Part shown: positions 58,914 through 64,000 of the stretch, piece by piece
How positions within the stretch are numbered: the first letter of the stretch is position 1
Layout of the letters: the number at the start of each line of letters is the position of its first letter
Assembly: GCA_965203875.1 (NCBI GenBank)
Contig: OZ241914.1
Location: forward strand, 461,209 to 525,208
Direction of reading: 5' to 3'
Origin: Bdellovibrionales bacterium
Lineage (GTDB): Bacteria; Bdellovibrionota; Bdellovibrionia; Bdellovibrionales; JAUICD01
DNA: 64,000 nt
The notes under the pieces: model-generated
Databases searched by the model: none
Told to the model about the DNA's origin: nothing
The model's input: only the letters and a program-made list of their open reading frames with translations
Made by a program: the position numbers and the translations under genes

Positions 58914-61631
58914 TTAGGTATACTTTTGTACAATTTGATGAATAATCCTGCCAGTTGGGTCCATGGATGTTTCAAATATCCATTTCTCATCTAAATCTTC
59001 GCTCACTGCCTTGCACCACTCCGTCATAAAATCCCACTTTTTGATATCCCGCTCCTTTTTAATTCCTTTTACCTCAAGAATAATATTTTGGTCATTTTTT
59101 AGTTTGATTAAAAAGTCTGGAATGTATTTTCTGGACGTGCCTTGTTCATCTATATAATCAATCTTAAAAGCTAAATTTTTGTCATTTTTAACCCAAGATA
59201 AAACATGCTCATTTCGATCTAACTCCCTTGCATGAGCTAATTCCCAGTTGCTGTCTACAACACATAAATTCATGTGAGTTTTTTCAAAGTGTGCTGTGTT
59301 CTTTTTTGTCCACCACTGGGTGCAATCAGATGTGGAGGAAAATTTTGGTTGACCATAGTGAACCGATAAAGATGTTGTGGAACTTTTTTGTATTTGTCTA
59401 TACACATGGTGTACAATATCATCCATTTTGATCATTATAACCATGTTTTTACGTTCGTATTCATAATTAGGCTTTACCTTAAACTTGGATGAGTTTATAA
59501 ATTCTTCAACAAGTCTAAATATTTGTCCTACTACTTCATCTTTAGAGCTGTTCTGCTTCCATGGAGCAGTTACTTGACCATAAACTTCTTCTGCAATTTT
59601 AAGGATTAGTGTCTGTTTGCGGTTTGTATTATACTTATTGTGTAGAAATTCTTGTAAATCTGTTAAAGCTATATCTTCATACTTGGGATTTCCATTAATT
59701 AAAGGTGCTGTTTCATTTATAATGGGAATTTTTGAAACATCTGCAACGAAGCTATCAACCTTGCTAATATCTAGTGCTAATTTAGAGCTTATTGTTCTGT
59801 CTATTTTTTCAATATTAGGCCAAACAATTTTATATCTTTCTTTTTCAGAAACAGGAAAAATGCATGTTTTTTGGCTTTCGGGTAATGAGTTTTTATCTTC
59901 ACCTTCTTGTGGTAAAAATGAAAATGGGACTCCCAGCACGCTAACATACTCTTGGTCAAACATATCGTATTCATTTAGTTCATATGAAGTACGTCTTAAT
60001 CCTCTACCTACGGTCTGTTCGCAGAGAAGTTGACTACTGAAAGCACGAAGCCCCATTATGTGAGTGACTGTTTTACAGTCCCAACCCTCTGATAGCATGG
60101 CAACAGAAATAACATGATGAACGAATTGACCGTCTTTTCCAACTTCACCTATCGTAAGGAGTTTTTGTTTAAGATCATCACCAATATCTTTATCCAAGTC
60201 AGAATGAATCTTTACAGTTTTCTCGATTTCATATAACTTTTTAGAAACATCTAATGTTTTAGTTTTAAATGCATGCTCCACTCTGTCTGCTGTAGTTGTA
60301 TTATTCACTACAGAAATAATAACAGGAGGTTTAAATTGTTCTTTGTTTTTATTGTCTTTATACCATTTTTCATATTTTGATTCCCAGCTCTCTGATAGGT
60401 GCATGTAAGCTATTTTAACTATCTCTGGGAGAGATGCAGTCTTTTCCTTCTTTTTAGCTAGCTTAGATTTTGTATCATTAGCTTCATAGATATGATAAAG
60501 CTTTGGTTTTGTAGTTTTATCAATGGCAGCGTCATCTCTTACAGCAAATCTGGGGGTTTTTACTAAGCCAGCCTCTATTGCATCTGTTAGTCCAAAATCA
60601 CTGACTATCCAGTCAAATATTTTTTCACCTTTGTTTTGCGGCATATATGGTGTTGCAGAAAAATCGAATACATTTCTTATTCCTACTGTTTTGTTTATAC
60701 GATCCAAGCCGTCTATCCACTTGGTAGCTTGCTCCTTATCTTCCCTGGTAAAATCTTCCGTGGTTGTAGTATCAGATGCTCCTCTCCAAGCGTGGTGAGC
60801 TTCATCATTGATCACTACTATACCTTTGCTATTAGATAGTTCATGTAATGTTTCTCTAACATGAGCATAATTGCTTTTGGCTCCTCTTTTATCTACGCCC
60901 GTTTGTTTGTTATCCTCTCTATATTGAATCTGGTGCCAATTTTGGATCAGAACCTTTCCTTGTCTTAGTTTTTCCATCTGATTGGATGGCAATATTTTAA
61001 ACTCGCTGTAGTAAGTTTCATTATTGAAATCATCCAAAGACAAAGCTGTCTCCAGACGTTCTTTAACAGTAAGGTTTGGAGCCACTATTAATATATTTCT
61101 AGCAAACCTAGAATCATTTGGATAAGCAACTTTATTTAGTATCTGCCATACTATAACCATTGACATTACAACTGTTTTGCCTGTTCCCGTTGCCATTTTG
61201 CAACAGTATCTTCTAAGGTCTTCATCTTTAGGAATATCAATGCCTTGTTTAAAATTAGCAGGGGCTTCGAGTATAAAAATTAAACTTTCTATAGCTTCCA
61301 ACTGGCAAAAAAAGAACCTGTTATTTCTACCAATGTGTTCATCTTTCCAATATTCAAGTAGTCTTTTTGTTACACCAGTTATTCCTTTGTAGCCATCAAT
61401 TTGCCATTCTTTAAGCCTATTCCGTATTTCGTTAGTTAATGCTATGCTGACAGTTTGCCCGTATTCATCATAAGACTTCTTAGATCCACCAGCTACTATG
61501 TAAGAAGCTTTTCTTCTACCTTCTTTTAAAATGAATCTTTTTTTAGAACGAGCATACTCATAATACTGAGAGGGTTTTTTATATGGGGAATTAACAATAA
61601 GTTTTTTAACTGGCTTAAAGTCGTTCATCAT
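58914..61631 (-). CDS. res: Type III restriction enzyme Res subunit (helicase + endonuclease)
   Basis: SF2 motif I KMATGTGKT, motif II VINDEAHHAW and the C-terminal PD-(D/E)XK YIPDFLIKL...ILEVKG. A 4-nt overlap joins it to mod. Confidence 0.85.
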   Translation of the reverse strand: MMNDFKPVKKLIVNSPYKKPSQYYEYARSKKRFILKEGRRKASYIVAGGSKKSYDEYGQTVSIALTNEIRNRLKEWQIDGYKGITGVTKRLLEYWKDEHIGRNNRFFFCQLEAIESLIFILEAPANFKQGIDIPKDEDLRRYCCKMATGTGKTVVMSMVIVWQILNKVAYPNDSRFARNILIVAPNLTVKERLETALSLDDFNNETYYSEFKILPSNQMEKLRQGKVLIQNWHQIQYREDNKQTGVDKRGAKSNYAHVRETLHELSNSKGIVVINDEAHHAWRGASDTTTTEDFTREDKEQATKWIDGLDRINKTVGIRNVFDFSATPYMPQNKGEKIFDWIVSDFGLTDAIEAGLVKTPRFAVRDDAAIDKTTKPKLYHIYEANDTKSKLAKKKEKTASLPEIVKIAYMHLSESWESKYEKWYKDNKNKEQFKPPVIISVVNNTTTADRVEHAFKTKTLDVSKKLYEIEKTVKIHSDLDKDIGDDLKQKLLTIGEVGKDGQFVHHVISVAMLSEGWDCKTVTHIMGLRAFSSQLLCEQTVGRGLRRTSYELNEYDMFDQEYVSVLGVPFSFLPQEGEDKNSLPESQKTCIFPVSEKERYKIVWPNIEKIDRTISSKLALDISKVDSFVADVSKIPIINETAPLINGNPKYEDIALTDLQEFLHNKYNTNRKQTLILKIAEEVYGQVTAPWKQNSSKDEVVGQIFRLVEEFINSSKFKVKPNYEYERKNMVIMIKMDDIVHHVYRQIQKSSTTSLSVHYGQPKFSSTSDCTQWWTKKNTAHFEKTHMNLCVVDSNWELAHARELDRNEHVLSWVKNDKNLAFKIDYIDEQGTSRKYIPDFLIKLKNDQNIILEVKGIKKERDIKKWDFMTEWCKAVSEDLDEKWIFETSMDPTGRIIHQIVQKYT

Positions 61632-64000
61632 TGTAAGTTTAAGGTTTTAACAACTAGGCTCTCAATTCCTCTGTCATCCACAATTTTAACTGCAATTTTG
61701 TTATGTTTACCGCTTGCAAACGGCATAGATTTAGTGCCTTTAAATTGGTCTACTAAATTTTCGTCTAATTCTGATTTTAAGGATTTCTTTAATCTACTCC
61801 AGTTATGTTTATCACTCGACATTGGGAAAAATACCTGTCTCGGATAAATAGATTTTCCATCGTAGTCTGTATCTAACATCCATACAGCAATTTTATCTTT
61901 TTCACCAGACTCGATTTTGTTAGTTCTAGAGTTGTAATAGTCGAATCCTTCTATTTGTACAACAAATTCATTTCCTTGCTTACTGATACTCACATCTGGT
62001 TGCCCCAATAACCAAAAGCCCTCTCCAATTGTTTTTTTCTTTAAGTCTTTGGTTAAAAAGTCACTGTCCATTTGAACCTTTAATAGGTTAAAACTATGAT
62101 CAGCATCAAAATAATCTTTATCTCCCACTACACTTGGTCCAAATTCAAAAGCACAAAATATAATTAAGTTTGGTTTAAATTGTTTAGCCTCTTTAATTCC
62201 TTCTTCGATCTGTCTTTGGTCCATAGGAGCAAACTCATGACCAAAACAAACCAATGCTTTTTTACTTTCCTCTTTTTTTGTTTCTTTAGTATAACCCTCT
62301 GCATGTATGAACTTAGCGTTACTTAATAGTTCTAAGCTTATAAATTCTATTTTTTCACCACGCTTTCCTCGGATGCCATTTTTTCTTAAAAAATCAAGCC
62401 ACTCAACTTTAATTGAATGTTTTTTGTATTTTATATCTGATGGCAACGGTTGGGCATGGTAACCCGGTATAGATTCAACTGTGAATGGACCTGTAACTCT
62501 AACTTTTGTATTATCAATTTTTGGCTTATCGTAGAGTACTTCTGGCTTCGGTGATTCATTATTTGCAATAGATTTTAGAGTGGCGTGAGATGCAGTTTCA
62601 TAATTAAAACCTGACTTTATACCATTGTTTTCATCTTTTAAATTATAGTATTTAAAATCAGCGGTCATTAGTCTTTGCTTAGCCAGGGTTATTGCAACAC
62701 GGGATGTGTCACATGTGATCCATCGTCTACCCCATTTTTCTGCAACATAAGCTGCGGTGCCACTTCCACAGGTTGGGTCAAGCACAATATCTCCAGGGTC
62801 TGTGGTCATAAGAATACATCGTTCTATTACTTTTGAACGTGTTTCTACTACATATCTTTGATCTGGGTTAAAACCAGCAGTGTCACGCCAAACTTCGGAC
62901 ATTATCTTCAGTGGGTAGTCATCTAAATAGTACTTCCACTTAAGTTTGTTACCACTTTTTAGTATTCTGCTACTTTGTTTGAGAGCATTCATTCTGTTAG
63001 GGTAAGATAATTTCCAATGACTGTTTTTGTTTGGTCTAAACACTTCTCCTTCAAATTCAAAAGGAGTATCTTGCTTTGATGCCCCTGGGCTCTCTAGACT
63101 TACCTCTCGAAATACCTTGCTTCCCTTTGGAAGGCAAGAAGGGTCTGCTTTCTCAGCTTTAGTTATTTTTCTACAGGTTCCATCTGCTAATTCCACGTTG
63201 CTATAGAAAGAGTCTGGTAGTTTACGACGAAAGAGCTGTCGATATTTAGGTTGATCATGTTTATCTGACTTATTTTTACAAAACCACAGCAAATAATCAC
63301 TTGTTCGGCTCAATTGATTAGAAGTCATACTTCCTGTTTTAGCAAAAGTTATCATGCGAATAAAATTCTTCACTCCAAATACTTCATCCATAAGATTTCT
63401 AACCAAGTGTACATTTTCATCTGAAATCTGTACAAAGCAAGAGCCACTGTCGGTCAAAAGCTCTCTAGCTAAAAGCAACCGATCTCTCATATAAGTCAAA
63501 TAAGAGTGTATGCCTAGTTCCCAAGTATCACGAAATGCTTTTATCACTTCAGGTCTGGACGCCAAATCTTCATCTTTGTCTTTAACCTCTCTTTTTCCAA
63601 CAAAAGGTTGAAAGTTTGATGCATACTTAATGCCATAGGGAGGATCTATATAAACACACTGGACCTTTCCTGCCATCCCTTCTTTTTCTAAAAGAGAGTT
63701 CATAACTATCAATGAATCTCCAGCAATTAAACGATTTGACCATAGTTTTTCATGCTTATAAAACTCAATACATCTTTTAGTTTTGACATCATCTTGTCTC
63801 GATGAATGAAACAAAGACATTTGTGTATAATCAATAGAGTTTCTTTGCCTGATAGCTTGAATTACACTTCGTGGGTCTATTTTTTCGTGTACGTGTAAAG
63901 ATGTTGTTGGAACATCAAACGAAAGCCTTTCTTTTTTTCCAGTCCATTGCAAAGACGGATCTATATGTGGATCATACGCATATTCCTTGCTTGGTACGTC
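61628..64000 (-). CDS. mod: Type III-like DNA methyltransferase Mod (5' end outside window)
   Basis: Motif IV VYIDPPYGIKY and motif I LDPTCGSGTAAYVAEKWGRRWITCD. The frame is open upstream of the listed TTG to the window edge (DVPSKEYAYDPHIDPSLQWTGK). Confidence 0.85.
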   Translation of the reverse strand, partial: DVPSKEYAYDPHIDPSLQWTGKKERLSFDVPTTSLHVHEKIDPRSVIQAIRQRNSIDYTQMSLFHSSRQDDVKTKRCIEFYKHEKLWSNRLIAGDSLIVMNSLLEKEGMAGKVQCVYIDPPYGIKYASNFQPFVGKREVKDKDEDLASRPEVIKAFRDTWELGIHSYLTYMRDRLLLARELLTDSGSCFVQISDENVHLVRNLMDEVFGVKNFIRMITFAKTGSMTSNQLSRTSDYLLWFCKNKSDKHDQPKYRQLFRRKLPDSFYSNVELADGTCRKITKAEKADPSCLPKGSKVFREVSLESPGASKQDTPFEFEGEVFRPNKNSHWKLSYPNRMNALKQSSRILKSGNKLKWKYYLDDYPLKIMSEVWRDTAGFNPDQRYVVETRSKVIERCILMTTDPGDIVLDPTCGSGTAAYVAEKWGRRWITCDTSRVAITLAKQRLMTADFKYYNLKDENNGIKSGFNYETASHATLKSIANNESPKPEVLYDKPKIDNTKVRVTGPFTVESIPGYHAQPLPSDIKYKKHSIKVEWLDFLRKNGIRGKRGEKIEFISLELLSNAKFIHAEGYTKETKKEESKKALVCFGHEFAPMDQRQIEEGIKEAKQFKPNLIIFCAFEFGPSVVGDKDYFDADHSFNLLKVQMDSDFLTKDLKKKTIGEGFWLLGQPDVSISKQGNEFVVQIEGFDYYNSRTNKIESGEKDKIAVWMLDTDYDGKSIYPRQVFFPMSSDKHNWSRLKKSLKSELDENLVDQFKGTKSMPFASGKHNKIAVKIVDDRGIESLVVKTLNLQ

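Overview
AT-rich chromosomal segment from a Gram-negative bacterium (SurA-type periplasmic foldases, outer-membrane beta-barrel proteins, a type IV pilin-like gene). The taxon cannot be fixed from sequence alone. The many secreted ankyrin-repeat proteins suggest a host-associated or predatory lifestyle, which is low-confidence inference. Housekeeping blocks are: the mutS 3' end, three SurA/parvulin-like genes plus pdxA, rpsF, tRNA-Pro(UGG), sufBCDS-nfu, sdhCAB (cytochrome-b type), a leucine-catabolism cluster (methylcrotonyl-CoA carboxylase alpha/beta, enoyl-CoA hydratase, HMG-CoA lyase), rnhA and RNase P RNA. Between these blocks lies an unusually dense set of defence modules. (1) A complete type II-C CRISPR-Cas locus: a 1037-aa Cas9, cas1, cas2, 36 identical 36-bp repeats and 35 spacers of 30 bp. 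I could read its tracrRNA directly from the sequence, and each repeat carries an extended -10 box, so the array appears to be transcribed convergently with the cas operon. (2) A gamma-class N6-MTase with a possible BsuBI/PstI-like endonuclease. (3) A three-gene operon of zeta-toxin-like P-loop kinase, unannotated 59-aa ORF and beta-class MTase. (4) A beta-class MTase with a 5'-truncated partner gene, bracketed by 199-bp near-identical direct repeats that also duplicate the 3' end of an ankyrin gene. (5) An 806-aa MTase with a Zn-ribbon and a C-terminal PD-(D/E)XK-like domain, plus a second SPPY MTase. (6) A type III Mod-Res pair running off the right edge. Other notable items are a G14 tract inside the spacer of a predicted promoter for a surface lipoprotein, a type IV pilin-like gene split by a frameshift at an A4C4T4 run, and a family of composite palindromic intergenic repeats at three loci. 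All functional calls rest on motif recognition by eye. No database search was possible.
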